Origin: Ectopseudomonas mendocina
GTDB lineage: Bacteria > Pseudomonadota > Gammaproteobacteria > Pseudomonadales > Pseudomonadaceae
DNA length: 32,000 nucleotides
Strand: one strand, 5' to 3'
Assembly (NCBI GenBank): GCA_016008875.1
Contig: JADTQG010000014.1
Under the pieces are notes generated by a model. That model was not told the origin of the DNA and did no database searches. It worked only from the letters and a program-made list of their open reading frames with translations. Both the position numbers and the translations under genes were made by a program. Below are positions 22,138 to 32,000 of this stretch, one piece after another; the stretch's first letter is position 1; the number at the start of each line of letters is the position of its first letter.

Positions 22138-23412
22138 ATGGCCGATCTATCCATCGATTTCGCCGGAATCAAGGCACCCAACCCCTTCTGGCTGGCCAGC
22201 GCGCCGCCCACCGACAAGGCCTACAACGTCGTCCGTGCTTTCGAGGCCGGCTGGGGCGGTGTGGTCTGGAAAACCCTTGGCGAAGACCCTGCGGCAGTCA
22301 ACGTGTCATCGCGCTACTCCGCGCACTTCGGCCCCAACCGCCAGGTGCAGGGCATCAACAATATCGAGCTGATCACCGACCGTTCGCTGGAAATCAACCT
22401 GCGCGAAATCACCCAGGTGAAAAAGGACTGGCCGGATCGCGCGCTGATCGTTTCGCTGATGGTGCCCTGCGTCGAAGAATCCTGGAAAGCCATCCTGCCG
22501 TTGGTGGAAGCCACCGGCTGCGACGGCATCGAGCTGAACTTCGGCTGCCCGCACGGCATGCCCGAGCGCGGCATGGGCGCGGCCGTCGGCCAGGTGCCGG
22601 AATACGTGGAGATGGTCACGCGCTGGTGCAAGACCTATTGCTCACTGCCGGTGATCGTCAAACTGACGCCGAACATCACCGACATCCGCACCTCCGCACG
22701 CGCGGCCCATCGCGGTGGCGCCGACGCTGTGTCGCTGATCAACACCATCAACTCCATCACCAGCGTCGATCTCGAGCGCATGGTCGCCCATCCCATAGTC
22801 GGCACGCAGAGCACCCACGGCGGCTACTGCGGCTCGGCAGTCAAACCCATTGCGCTGAACATGGTTGCCGAGATCGCCCGCGACCCCGAGACCCGCGGCC
22901 TGCCGATTTGCGGTATCGGCGGCATCGGCAGCTGGCGCGACGCGGCGGAATTCGTGGCGCTGGGCTGCGGCGCCGTGCAGGTATGCACGGCGGCCATGCT
23001 GCATGGTTTTCGCATCGTCGAGGAAATGAAAGACGGCCTCTCGCGCTGGATGGACAGCCAGGGCCATGCAAGCCTTGCGGACTTCTCCGGGCGCGCGGTA
23101 GGCAACACCACCGACTGGAAGTACCTGGACATCAACTATCAGGTCATCGCCCGAATCGACCAGGACGCCTGCATTGGCTGCGGCCGCTGTCACATCGCCT
23201 GCGAAGACACCTCGCACCAGGCCATCGCCAGCCTGGCCCAGGCCGACGGCACGCATAAGTACGAAGTGATCGACGCAGAATGTGTGGGCTGCAATCTGTG
23301 CCAGATCACCTGCCCGGTGACGGATTGTATCGAGATGGTGCCGCAGGATAGCGGCAAGCCCTTCCTTGACTGGAACCACGACCCGCGCAATCCCTATCGC
23401 GCGGCCTCGTGA
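22138..23412 (+). CDS. preA: NAD-dependent dihydropyrimidine dehydrogenase subunit PreA (DHOD-like FMN domain plus 2x[4Fe-4S])
   Basis: 424 aa. The ATG directly follows the preT TAA. DHODase-like LNFGCPHGM and GGIGSW blocks, plus C-terminal ferredoxin motifs CIGCGRCHIAC and CVGCNLCQITCP. Confidence 0.92.
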   Translation: MADLSIDFAGIKAPNPFWLASAPPTDKAYNVVRAFEAGWGGVVWKTLGEDPAAVNVSSRYSAHFGPNRQVQGINNIELITDRSLEINLREITQVKKDWPDRALIVSLMVPCVEESWKAILPLVEATGCDGIELNFGCPHGMPERGMGAAVGQVPEYVEMVTRWCKTYCSLPVIVKLTPNITDIRTSARAAHRGGADAVSLINTINSITSVDLERMVAHPIVGTQSTHGGYCGSAVKPIALNMVAEIARDPETRGLPICGIGGIGSWRDAAEFVALGCGAVQVCTAAMLHGFRIVEEMKDGLSRWMDSQGHASLADFSGRAVGNTTDWKYLDINYQVIARIDQDACIGCGRCHIACEDTSHQAIASLAQADGTHKYEVIDAECVGCNLCQITCPVTDCIEMVPQDSGKPFLDWNHDPRNPYRAAS

Positions 23413-23426
23413 CCGGCAAGTGCGCC

Positions 23427-23462
23427 GTGCCCAGGAAGCCTTTGCGCGGCTTCGCTGGGCAC
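23427..23462. terminator. stem-loop between convergent preA and the TetR gene
   Basis: GTGCCCAGGAAGCC (23427-23440) pairs with GGCTTCgCTGGGCAC (23448-23462): 14 bp with one bulge and loop TTTGCGC. There is no clear U-tract. Confidence 0.45.
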
Positions 23463-23481
23463 GACGCACCCCGCCAAGCGG

Positions 23482-24102
23482 TTACGGCTCCAGGCCTATA
23501 CCGCGCAAGATCACGCTGGTCACGGTCTGCACCGCTCGTTCGAATTGCGTATCGGATAGCAACCGGTGCTCGTTGAGTACCGTCACCTGATGGCTGAAGT
23601 CGGCGTAATGCTGGGTCGAGGCCCAGATCATATAGAGTAGCGCCGAGGGCTCGACAGCCACGATGCGCCCCGTCTCGACCCACTGACGGATCTTCGCCTC
23701 CTTCATCTTCGCCCAGTCGTAAAGGCCCTCGTCGAGGGTGACGCCGAGCACCGGCGCGCCGTGGATAATCTCGTTGGCCCAGACCTTTGAGCCATACGGC
23801 CGGCTGCGCGAGTGGTTCATCTTGGCGCGAATGTAGCTGCTCAGAACCACGCGCGGATCATCGAACACCTCGAAACACTGGGCGTCCTGTTTCCAGACTT
23901 CGAGCAGGTCGAGCAGCACGGCACGGTACAGCTCGTCCTTGGTGCTGAAATAGTAGTGCAGGTTCGAGCGCGGCAATTCAGCCAGCTCGGCGATATCGGC
24001 CATGGCGGTACCGCCATAACCTTTCTCGGCGAAGACCTTTTCGGCGGCCAGGAGGATCTTCTTGACGTTGCGGCGGCGAATTTCGATTTTGTGGTTGGCC
24101 AT
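23482..24102 (-). CDS. TetR-family regulator, RutR-like
   Basis: ORF 23482..24180; the start is ATG 24100-24102 (MANHKIEIRRRNVKKILLAAEKVF), giving 206 aa. The HTH is TAMADIAELAELPRSNLHYYFSTKDELY. The block LLYMIWASTQHYADFSHQV closely matches E. coli RutR LIFMIWASTQHYADFAPQV (memory). Confidence 0.85.
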   Translation of the reverse strand: MANHKIEIRRRNVKKILLAAEKVFAEKGYGGTAMADIAELAELPRSNLHYYFSTKDELYRAVLLDLLEVWKQDAQCFEVFDDPRVVLSSYIRAKMNHSRSRPYGSKVWANEIIHGAPVLGVTLDEGLYDWAKMKEAKIRQWVETGRIVAVEPSALLYMIWASTQHYADFSHQVTVLNEHRLLSDTQFERAVQTVTSVILRGIGLEP

Positions 24103-24169
24103 GGCCGATCCGTTGCGACTAGACCTGCCAAGGCTACCACCTGCGATGGCAACGGAGCGACGGAAAGCC

Positions 24170-24198
24170 TTGGGCTGCACGCCGCACGCAGCTATAAT
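24170..24198 (+). promoter_or_regulatory. candidate sigma-70 promoter of the ahcY-metF leader
   Basis: TTGGGC (24170-24175), a 17-nt spacer, then a perfect TATAAT (24193-24198). It sits about 50 nt upstream of the riboswitch aptamer. Confidence 0.45.
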
Positions 24199-24244
24199 CC
24201 GCCAGTTTCAAACGACCGGCACAGCTCCGGTCGCTCCCGCCACC

Positions 24245-25741
<1,497 letters not shown>

Positions 25742-25746
25742 CAGCA

Positions 25747-25821
25747 GCCACAAGCTGCAAAGCTGCAAGCTGCAAGCAGGCGCCGAACCGCTCTGTTTGC
25801 AGCTTGTGGCTTGTAGCTTGC
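25747..25821. repeat. inverted arrays of heptamer repeats (CAAGCTG x4 facing CTTGNNG x4) forming a slippable hairpin
   Basis: GCCACAAGCTGCAA (25747-25760) is the perfect reverse complement of TTGCAGCTTGTGGC (25797-25810). In an alternative register, GCAAGCTGCAAGC (25765-25777) pairs with GCTTGTAGCTTGC (25809-25821) with one G-U. Located between ahcY and metF. Confidence 0.7.
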
Positions 25822-25843
25822 CGCTGAGAAGAGAACCTTCTCC

Positions 25844-26689
25844 ATGACTCAAGAACGCCGCTACAGCTTCGAGTTCTTCCCCACCAAGACCGAAGCCGGG
25901 CATGAAAAACTGATGGACGTGGCGCGTCAGCTGGCGACCTACAAGCCCGACTTTTTCTCCTGCACCTATGGCGCAGGCGGTTCGACCCGCGACCGTACAC
26001 TCAACACCGTGCTGCAACTCGATGGCGAAGTGAAGGTGCCCACCGCACCGCACCTGTCCTGCGTCGGCGACAGCAAGGCCGAGCTGCGTGAGCTGCTCAA
26101 CCTGTACAAGAATGCCGGCATCAGGCGCATCGTCGCGCTGCGCGGCGACCTGCCGTCCGGTATGGGCATGGCCAGCGGCGAGCTGCGCTACGCCAACGAG
26201 CTGGTCGAGTTCATCCGCAACGAAACCGGCGATCACTTCCACATCGAAGTGGCCGCCTACCCGGAGATGCACCCGCAGGCGCGCAACTTCGAGAGCGACA
26301 TCGCCAACTTCGTGCGCAAGGCCAAGGCCGGAGCCGACAGCGCCATCACCCAGTACTTCTTCAACGCCGACAGCTACTTCTACTTCGTCGAGCGCGTGCG
26401 CAAGCTGGGCGTGGATATCCCGGTGGTGCCGGGCATCATGCCGATCACCAACTACAGCAAGCTGGCACGTTTCTCCGACGCCTGCGGCGCGGAAATCCCG
26501 CGCTGGGTGCGCAAGCAGCTGGAAGCCTATGGCGACGACAGCGACAGCATTCGCGCCTTCGGCGAGCAGGTGATCACCGAGATGTGCGAACGCCTGCTGC
26601 AGGGTGGTGCACCAGGCCTGCACTTCTACAGCATGAACCTGGCCGGCCCCAGCCTGGCCATCTGGAACAACCTCGACCTCAAACGTTGA
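25844..26689 (+). CDS. metF: 5,10-methylenetetrahydrofolate reductase
   Basis: 281 aa. YSFEFFPTKT N-terminus, CTYGAGGST, and the RGD block LRGDLP. Typical bacterial MetF. Confidence 0.95.
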   Translation: MTQERRYSFEFFPTKTEAGHEKLMDVARQLATYKPDFFSCTYGAGGSTRDRTLNTVLQLDGEVKVPTAPHLSCVGDSKAELRELLNLYKNAGIRRIVALRGDLPSGMGMASGELRYANELVEFIRNETGDHFHIEVAAYPEMHPQARNFESDIANFVRKAKAGADSAITQYFFNADSYFYFVERVRKLGVDIPVVPGIMPITNYSKLARFSDACGAEIPRWVRKQLEAYGDDSDSIRAFGEQVITEMCERLLQGGAPGLHFYSMNLAGPSLAIWNNLDLKR

Positions 26690-26695
26690 CGGGCA

Positions 26696-26716
26696 GGGAG
26701 CCGCACAGCGGCTCCC
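26696..26716 (+). terminator. stem-loop after metF (possible weak terminator)
   Basis: GGGAGCCG-CACAG-CGGCTCCC, a perfect 8-bp stem 7 nt after the metF stop, with no U-tract. Confidence 0.3.
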
Positions 26717-26735
26717 GCGCTCAAGGATGAGCCCT

Positions 26736-28898
26736 ATGACAATCAAGCACCTCTTCTCCCTCGCCTTGCTCGCTGGCCTGCACGCGCCCGCTGCACTGGC
26801 CAGTTCCGACATGACCTGCACACCGAGCTGGAAGCTGATTTCCGACGAGCTCTCGGCGTGCAACAACCTGGTCTTTCTCAGCCCCGGCAACGACAGCCGC
26901 GTCAACCTGCAACTGCTGCTCGACGACGCCGGCCACCTGAAGCTGACGCGCGAACCGCTGGCACTTGAAGGTTACGAATACGGCTACGGCCTGGTGCCCT
27001 TCAGCCTCGGCATGCTCGACCCGAGCCGCGCTCGCAGCGAAGCGGCCGAGGCAGACGAGCAAAGCGTCGCCCCGGACGTGGCATACCTGACCCAGGCCCT
27101 GCAACGCCTGGGTATCGACAGCGACGCGGATGCATTCGCCGTGCACCGTTTCGCCGAAGGCGAGGGCAGTCGCTGCCGCAGCAATGACCTGCTGGCCATG
27201 CGCGGCTTCGTCGATGCTCTCAGTGCCACGCCAGCGCTGGCCGCGAGCGAAGCGCAGGCGCTGGCCCGTTCGCGGCGCAGCCTGCTGAGCCTGTGCGGCG
27301 AAGGCGATCCGCAAACGCAGGACGTCTTGCCGCAGGCGGCGCAACTGCAGTCGCCCGCTGCCCAGGCCTTCGGCGACTACCTGCGCGGCGCCGACTCTTT
27401 CTATCGCGGCGACTTCGGCCAGGCGCGCGAGCGCTTCACCGAACTCGCCGGCAGCGAGCAGCCCTGGCTGCGCGAAACCGCCCAGTACCTGCTCGGCCGC
27501 GTGGCGCTGAACCAGGCGCAGTTGAACGCCTTCGACGAGTACGGTTTCTTCAGCCCGGAGCAGGTCGATAAGAGCAGCCTCGACGCCAGCGCGAAGGCCT
27601 TCGAGCAGTACCTGGAGAACTACCCGCAGGGGCTCTACAGCGACTCGGCGCGCGGCCTGCAACGTCGCGTGTACTGGCTTGCCGGTGATACCCGGCGTTT
27701 TGCCGAGGCCTTTGCCCGGCAATTCGAGCGAGGCGCGCAGCAGGTCGACATGCCTGCATTGATCGAGGAACTGGACGGCAAGCTGCTGCCCAGCCTCGCC
27801 CCGGATGCCATCGACGACCCGCTGCTGCTGGCCATGGTCGACCTGATCCAGCTGCGCGATCCCGGCAGCAACAGCGAGCCGCGCCTCAGCCTGGAGCAAC
27901 TGCAGGCGCAGCAACCGCGCTTCGCCAGCCAGCCCGGCCTGCACGCCTATCTGATCGCCGCCTGGCATTTCTACCGCGGCGGCGATGCAGAACGGACCCT
28001 CGCCGCGCTGCCGGATACCGGTGCCGGGCCGCTGAATGCCCTCGCCTTCAGCCAGGAAACCCTGCGCGGCCTGGCGCTGGAGGCCAGGGGTGAGACGAGC
28101 GCGGCACAGCGGCACTGGCAGGCGCTGCTGGCACGCAGCGAAGACCCGCTGCAGCAGGCCCAGCTGCAACTGGCCCTGGCCTTGAGCTACGAGCGTATTG
28201 GCGAGCTGGACAAGGTGTTCGCCGCCGACTCGCGGATCACCACCGCGCCGATCCGCGAGCGCCTGCTGGCCCATAGCGCCGGCCCCGAGCTGCTGCGCCA
28301 GCAGGCCGGTGACAAGCAGATACCTGCGGGCGAGCGGGCAACCGCCTTGTACACCCTGCTCTATCGCGACCTGGATTACGGCCGCTACGCCGACTTTCTC
28401 GGCGATTACGCGCAGTTTCCCTACACTTCGACGCAGCCCCCGCAGCGCCTCGATTCGAGTCTGTTCGCCTGGAACGGCGGCAACGACGCCGGCTATGCCT
28501 GCCCGAGCCTGGTCAAGATCGCCGAGCGCCTTGCAGCCGATGCGCAGGATGCCCAAGGCATGCTGTGCCTGGGCGACTTCATCCGCGTCCATGGCCTCGA
28601 CGATCACTGGCTGAACCGGCCGCCGGCCGCCGGCGAGCTGGGTAGCGTACCGAGCCAGTTCCAGGGCGCGTCCTTTTCGCGCCTGGCCGGCTACCAGATG
28701 CTGCTGGCTGCGCCGCAGGTCAGTCGCGAGGACAAGGCCTACGCCCTGTTCCGCGCGATCAACTGCTATGCCCCCAGCGGCTACAACAACTGCGACCGCC
28801 AGGACATCGCCAAGGACCAGCGCAAGCAGTGGTTCCAGACCCTCAAACGCAGCTACGCGGACACCCAGTGGGCGCAGCGACTCAAGTACTACTGGTAG
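26736..28898 (+). CDS. secreted 720-aa helical-repeat (TPR-like) protein, unknown function
   Basis: ORF track starts at 26727; ATG 26736 lies 8 nt after AAGGA. Signal peptide MTIKHLFSLALLAGLHAPAALA. GC3-rich codons support the plus strand over the antisense 628-aa ORF. BamD/CpoB-style repeat signatures are present (FEQYLENYPQGLYSDSARGLQRRVYWLAGD). The mature part has 8 Cys. No family recognised. Confidence 0.75.
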   Translation: MTIKHLFSLALLAGLHAPAALASSDMTCTPSWKLISDELSACNNLVFLSPGNDSRVNLQLLLDDAGHLKLTREPLALEGYEYGYGLVPFSLGMLDPSRARSEAAEADEQSVAPDVAYLTQALQRLGIDSDADAFAVHRFAEGEGSRCRSNDLLAMRGFVDALSATPALAASEAQALARSRRSLLSLCGEGDPQTQDVLPQAAQLQSPAAQAFGDYLRGADSFYRGDFGQARERFTELAGSEQPWLRETAQYLLGRVALNQAQLNAFDEYGFFSPEQVDKSSLDASAKAFEQYLENYPQGLYSDSARGLQRRVYWLAGDTRRFAEAFARQFERGAQQVDMPALIEELDGKLLPSLAPDAIDDPLLLAMVDLIQLRDPGSNSEPRLSLEQLQAQQPRFASQPGLHAYLIAAWHFYRGGDAERTLAALPDTGAGPLNALAFSQETLRGLALEARGETSAAQRHWQALLARSEDPLQQAQLQLALALSYERIGELDKVFAADSRITTAPIRERLLAHSAGPELLRQQAGDKQIPAGERATALYTLLYRDLDYGRYADFLGDYAQFPYTSTQPPQRLDSSLFAWNGGNDAGYACPSLVKIAERLAADAQDAQGMLCLGDFIRVHGLDDHWLNRPPAAGELGSVPSQFQGASFSRLAGYQMLLAAPQVSREDKAYALFRAINCYAPSGYNNCDRQDIAKDQRKQWFQTLKRSYADTQWAQRLKYYW

Positions 28899-29632
28899 GC
28901 CTGCTCCTGCTGGCGGTGGGCCTGCCGGCGCAGGCCGCGCGCGTCGACGCCGCCGATTATCAGGCGTTCTGGCTGTGGGCCGGCGTCACGCCACAACCGG
29001 TACTGGCCCAGGCCGACACCCTGTACGTGCTGCAGGGGCAGATCGACGGCCCGCGCCGCGCCGGCGATCCACCCGCGCGCATGCAGGCACAGAACCCGGC
29101 CACGCCCAGGCTGTCGAAGAACGTCGAGCTCTGGGTGGTGTATCGCGCGCATACCCTGGACTGGGACGAGGAGGTGTTCGCCCTGCTGCTGAGTCAGTTG
29201 CAGCGCTGGCAACGCGCCGGCAACCGGGTCACCGGGGTACAGATCGACTTCGACGCGCAGACCCTGCGCCTGGATCGCTATGCCGCCTTCCTCGAAGACC
29301 TGCGCCAGCGCCTGCCGCAGCAGTACCGCCTGAGCATCACCGGCCTGCTCGACTGGGCCGGCAACGCCGACCCGGCGGCGCTCAACCGTCTCGCCGGGGT
29401 GGTCGATGAAGTGGTGATGCAGACCTACCAGGGCCGCCACAGCATCCCCGGTTACTCGCGTTACCTGCCGAGCATCGCGCGACTGCAACTGCCGTTTCGC
29501 ATCGGCCTGATACAAAACGGCGAATGGCAGGCGCCGGATTACTTGCAAAGCAGTCCCTGGTTCCGCGGCTATGTGGTATTTCTGCTGAACCCGAGCGAAG
29601 CCGCAATCACTACGCCAGCCAACACACCCTGA
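28829..29632 (+). CDS. secreted protein, DUF3142-like (tentative), unknown function
   Basis: The longest ORF starts at GTG 28829. GTG 28868 gives a cleaner signal peptide (MGAATQVLLVGLLLLAVGLPAQA/ARVD). It overlaps the upstream gene by 31-70 nt. The family assignment rests on remembered DUF3142 features (AFWLW, LYVLQG, GVQIDFDA, LSITGL) and is unverified. Confidence 0.65.
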   Translation: MVPDPQTQLRGHPVGAATQVLLVGLLLLAVGLPAQAARVDAADYQAFWLWAGVTPQPVLAQADTLYVLQGQIDGPRRAGDPPARMQAQNPATPRLSKNVELWVVYRAHTLDWDEEVFALLLSQLQRWQRAGNRVTGVQIDFDAQTLRLDRYAAFLEDLRQRLPQQYRLSITGLLDWAGNADPAALNRLAGVVDEVVMQTYQGRHSIPGYSRYLPSIARLQLPFRIGLIQNGEWQAPDYLQSSPWFRGYVVFLLNPSEAAITTPANTP

Positions 29633-29728
29633 GCGCCAGCCACCGACGACCGCAACATTCGCTGCGACAACCTATTCGAACGCCTCCGCGCCGACCTCGG
29701 TGCGAGCCTGCCACCAGGATCACATTTC

Positions 29729-31102
29729 ATGCTCAAACGCTCCACGATCAACGCCTCCGTCAGCCCCAAGGGCAGCCTGGAAACCCTCTCCCAGCGCGAA
29801 GTGCAGCAACTGCGCGAAACCGGCTCGGGCAGCGTCTACCGCCTGTTCCGCCAATGCGCCCTGGCAATCCTCAATACCGGCTCGCACAGCGACAACGCCA
29901 AGACCATTCTCGAGGCCTACCCGGACTTCGAAGTGAAGATCCACCAGCAGGACCGCGGCATCCGCCTGGAACTGATCAACGCGCCGGCCGATGCCTTCGT
30001 CGATGGCGAGATGATTGCCAGCACCCGCGAGATGCTGTTCAGCGCCCTGCGCGACATCGTCTACACGCAGAGCGAGCTGGAAAATAAGCGCATCGACCTG
30101 GACAGCTCCGAAGGCATCACCGACTACGTCTTCCATCTGCTGCGCAACGCCCAGACCCTGCGCAGCGGCGTCGAGCCAAAAATAGTGGTGTGCTGGGGCG
30201 GCCACTCGATCAGCACCGAGGAGTACAAGTACACCAAGAAGGTCGGCCACGAGCTGGGCCTGCGCGGCCTGGACATCTGCACCGGCTGCGGGCCGGGCGT
30301 GATGAAGGGGCCGATGAAGGGCGCCACCATCAGCCACGCCAAGCAGCGCAACCTCACCGGCCGCTACCTGGGTCTGACCGAACCGGGCATTATCGCCGCC
30401 GAAGCGCCGAACCCGATCGTCAACGAACTGGTGATCCTGCCGGACATCGAGAAGCGCCTGGAAGCCTTCGTTCGCGTCGGCCACGGCATCATCATCTTCC
30501 CGGGCGGCGCCGGCACGGCCGAAGAATTCCTCTACCTGCTCGGCATCCTCACCCACCCGGACAACCAGGACCTGCCCTTCCCGGTCATTCTCACCGGGCC
30601 GAAGAGCGCCGGCCCCTATCTGCAGCAACTGCATGACTTCATTGGCGCCACCCTGGGCGAGGCGGCGCAGCAGCGCTACAGCATGATCGTCAACGACCCG
30701 GGCGAAGTGGCCCGCGAAATGGCCGTCGGCATCAAGGCCGTGCGCCAGTTCCGCCGCGAGCGCAACGACGCCTTCCACTTCAACTGGCTGCTGAAGATCG
30801 ACGAAAGCTTCCAGCACCCGTTCGAACCGACCCATGAGGCCATGGCCAGCCTCAACCTGACCCGCGAGCAGCCACTGCATCACCTGGCCGCCAACCTGCG
30901 CCGCGCCTTCTCCGGCATCGTCGCCGGCAACGTCAAGGAGAACGGCATCCGCCTGATCGAGGAACACGGCCCCTACGTCATCCGTGGCGAAACCACCATC
31001 ATGCGCCCGCTGGATCGCCTGCTACAGGCCTTCGTCGAACAGCACCGCATGAAGCTGCCGGGCGGCAGTGCCTACGAGCCCTGCTACCGGGTGGTGGACT
31101 AA
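29729..31102 (+). CDS. ppnN: pyrimidine/purine nucleotide 5'-monophosphate nucleosidase PpnN (YgdH, LOG-family)
   Basis: 457 aa, colinear with E. coli YgdH/PpnN from memory: VVCWGGHSI, ICTGCGPGVMKGPMKGA, MTEPxIIAAExPNPxVNEL, PDIEKRLEAFVRxxHGIIIFPGGxGTAEE, RRAFSGIVAGNVKE, HRMKLPG. Confidence 0.92.
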   Translation: MLKRSTINASVSPKGSLETLSQREVQQLRETGSGSVYRLFRQCALAILNTGSHSDNAKTILEAYPDFEVKIHQQDRGIRLELINAPADAFVDGEMIASTREMLFSALRDIVYTQSELENKRIDLDSSEGITDYVFHLLRNAQTLRSGVEPKIVVCWGGHSISTEEYKYTKKVGHELGLRGLDICTGCGPGVMKGPMKGATISHAKQRNLTGRYLGLTEPGIIAAEAPNPIVNELVILPDIEKRLEAFVRVGHGIIIFPGGAGTAEEFLYLLGILTHPDNQDLPFPVILTGPKSAGPYLQQLHDFIGATLGEAAQQRYSMIVNDPGEVAREMAVGIKAVRQFRRERNDAFHFNWLLKIDESFQHPFEPTHEAMASLNLTREQPLHHLAANLRRAFSGIVAGNVKENGIRLIEEHGPYVIRGETTIMRPLDRLLQAFVEQHRMKLPGGSAYEPCYRVVD

Positions 31103-31150
31103 AGTATGGATGGGCTTCCGGGGCGCGGCCAAAGCCGCTAACCTGGCTAA

Positions 31151-31930
31151 ATGCCATCAATTCAGCGCCAACTCATCGCTTTTCTGCTGCTAGGTTGCAT
31201 CGCGTTCGCCGCTCGCGGCGAAACGCTGCGCCTGGTTACGGAGGCGTGGGCGCCGTATGTCTATGAAGAAAATGGCCAGGCGGCCGGCCTCGACTACGAG
31301 ATCACCCGTGAAGTGCTGCACCGCCTGGGCATGGAGCTGGACTTGCAGTTCCTGCCCTGGAAGCGCTGCTTGCTGGCCCTTGAACAGGGTATGGCAGACG
31401 GCATTCTGGACATTTTCCATCTGCCCGAACGTGAAGCGAGCATGCGCTTCGTCGAAGAGCCGCTGAGCGACGTCGAATTCGTGCTGTTTCACGCGCGCAA
31501 TCGCCCCTATCCCTATGAACGCCTGGAAGACCTGCGTGATCTGGTGATCGGCATCTCGCCCGGGTATTGGTACGCCAATGAAAGCTTCCGTACGTCGCCC
31601 CTGTTCAGCCGCGAGGAGGCGCCGACCCACGAAGCCAATCTGGGCAAACTGATTCGCCACCGGGTCGATCTGGTGGTCAGCGATCGCCGCGCCGGTCTCT
31701 ACCTGGGCGCACAACTGGACCTGCTCGAGCAGATCGATTACAACCGCAAGGCCGTCGGCCATGATCGTCTGTACCTGGCCTTGCGCAAGGATCCGGCCTT
31801 CGAACGTCTGGCCGTCGACTTCGCCCGTGAGCTGCGCCGCTTCAAGCGCGAGCCTGCCTACGCCGAGTTACAGCGGCGCTACGCCACACCCCGAACGCAT
31901 CAGGTCGTGAACCAACCGACAGGCTGGTAG
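31151..31930 (+). CDS. periplasmic substrate-binding protein, family 3 (amino-acid ABC / SBP_bac_3-like), orphan
   Basis: 259 aa with signal peptide MPSIQRQLIAFLLLGCIAFAARG. Pattern LRLVTEAWAPYVYEENGQAAGLDYEI...LPWKRCL is typical of type 2 SBPs. No permease or ATPase gene is adjacent within the window. Confidence 0.75.
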   Translation: MPSIQRQLIAFLLLGCIAFAARGETLRLVTEAWAPYVYEENGQAAGLDYEITREVLHRLGMELDLQFLPWKRCLLALEQGMADGILDIFHLPEREASMRFVEEPLSDVEFVLFHARNRPYPYERLEDLRDLVIGISPGYWYANESFRTSPLFSREEAPTHEANLGKLIRHRVDLVVSDRRAGLYLGAQLDLLEQIDYNRKAVGHDRLYLALRKDPAFERLAVDFARELRRFKREPAYAELQRRYATPRTHQVVNQPTGW

Positions 31931-32000
31931 CTGCACAGCCCTCCGGCTCTGTTATACTCGGGACTTCCCGCCAGGCTTGCGCCCGGATGCTAGCTCCCAG

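Noticed and set aside
31931-32000. TATACT hexamer (31953-31958) followed by a GC-rich segment (GCGCCCGGATGCTAGCTCCCAG) at the right edge, considered as a promoter plus the 5' end of a tRNA or small RNA.
   Set aside because: The sequence lacks the tRNA D-arm signature (TAGCTCAG...GG) and any recognisable start of tmRNA, RNase P, 6S or SRP RNA. The window ends before anything can be judged.

Overview
GC-rich, Pseudomonas-like chromosomal core region. The genus call is an inference from gene order and from the repeat families, which look like the mendocina/oleovorans/stutzeri type. All calls rest on reading the ORF translations and the raw DNA; no searches were run.

Gene content, left to right:
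- 1-3.4 kb: end of an unknown CDS, a YgjP-like HEXXH peptidase, a PQQ-dependent sugar dehydrogenase with a small membrane protein, and an orphan PL7 alginate lyase.
- 3.4-9.5 kb, minus strand: central-carbon operon tkt-epd-pgk-(two small lipoproteins, one MliC-like)-fba.
- 9.7-12 kb: ArsR-HTH/SAM-methyltransferase-like regulator (SahR-like) abutting metK, with a perfect 13-2-13 palindrome upstream.
- 12.0-12.5 kb: a cluster of REP-like palindromic repeats.
- 12.6-15.7 kb: ligB, a DUF1090 protein, a lipoprotein cytochrome c', and a chemoreceptor gene remnant.
- 15.8-24.1 kb: reductive pyrimidine catabolism cluster (M20 carbamoyl-amidohydrolase, NCS1 permease, dihydropyrimidinase, PreT/PreA, RutR-like TetR regulator). 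It is split by a 577-bp divergent intergenic region that contains a 26 percent GC island.
- 24.2-26.7 kb: SAH riboswitch-ahcY-metF.
- 26.7-29.6 kb: an overlapping pair of secreted proteins of unknown function.
- 29.7-31.9 kb: ppnN and a periplasmic substrate-binding protein.

I found no tRNA or rRNA genes, CRISPR array, transposase, integrase or phage genes. I do not see a convincing novel multi-gene system. The best leads are the uncharacterised secreted gene pair at 26.7-29.6 kb and the structured AT-rich island in the pyrimidine-catabolism control region. The very long antisense ORFs (up to 1037 aa) are high-GC shadow frames.
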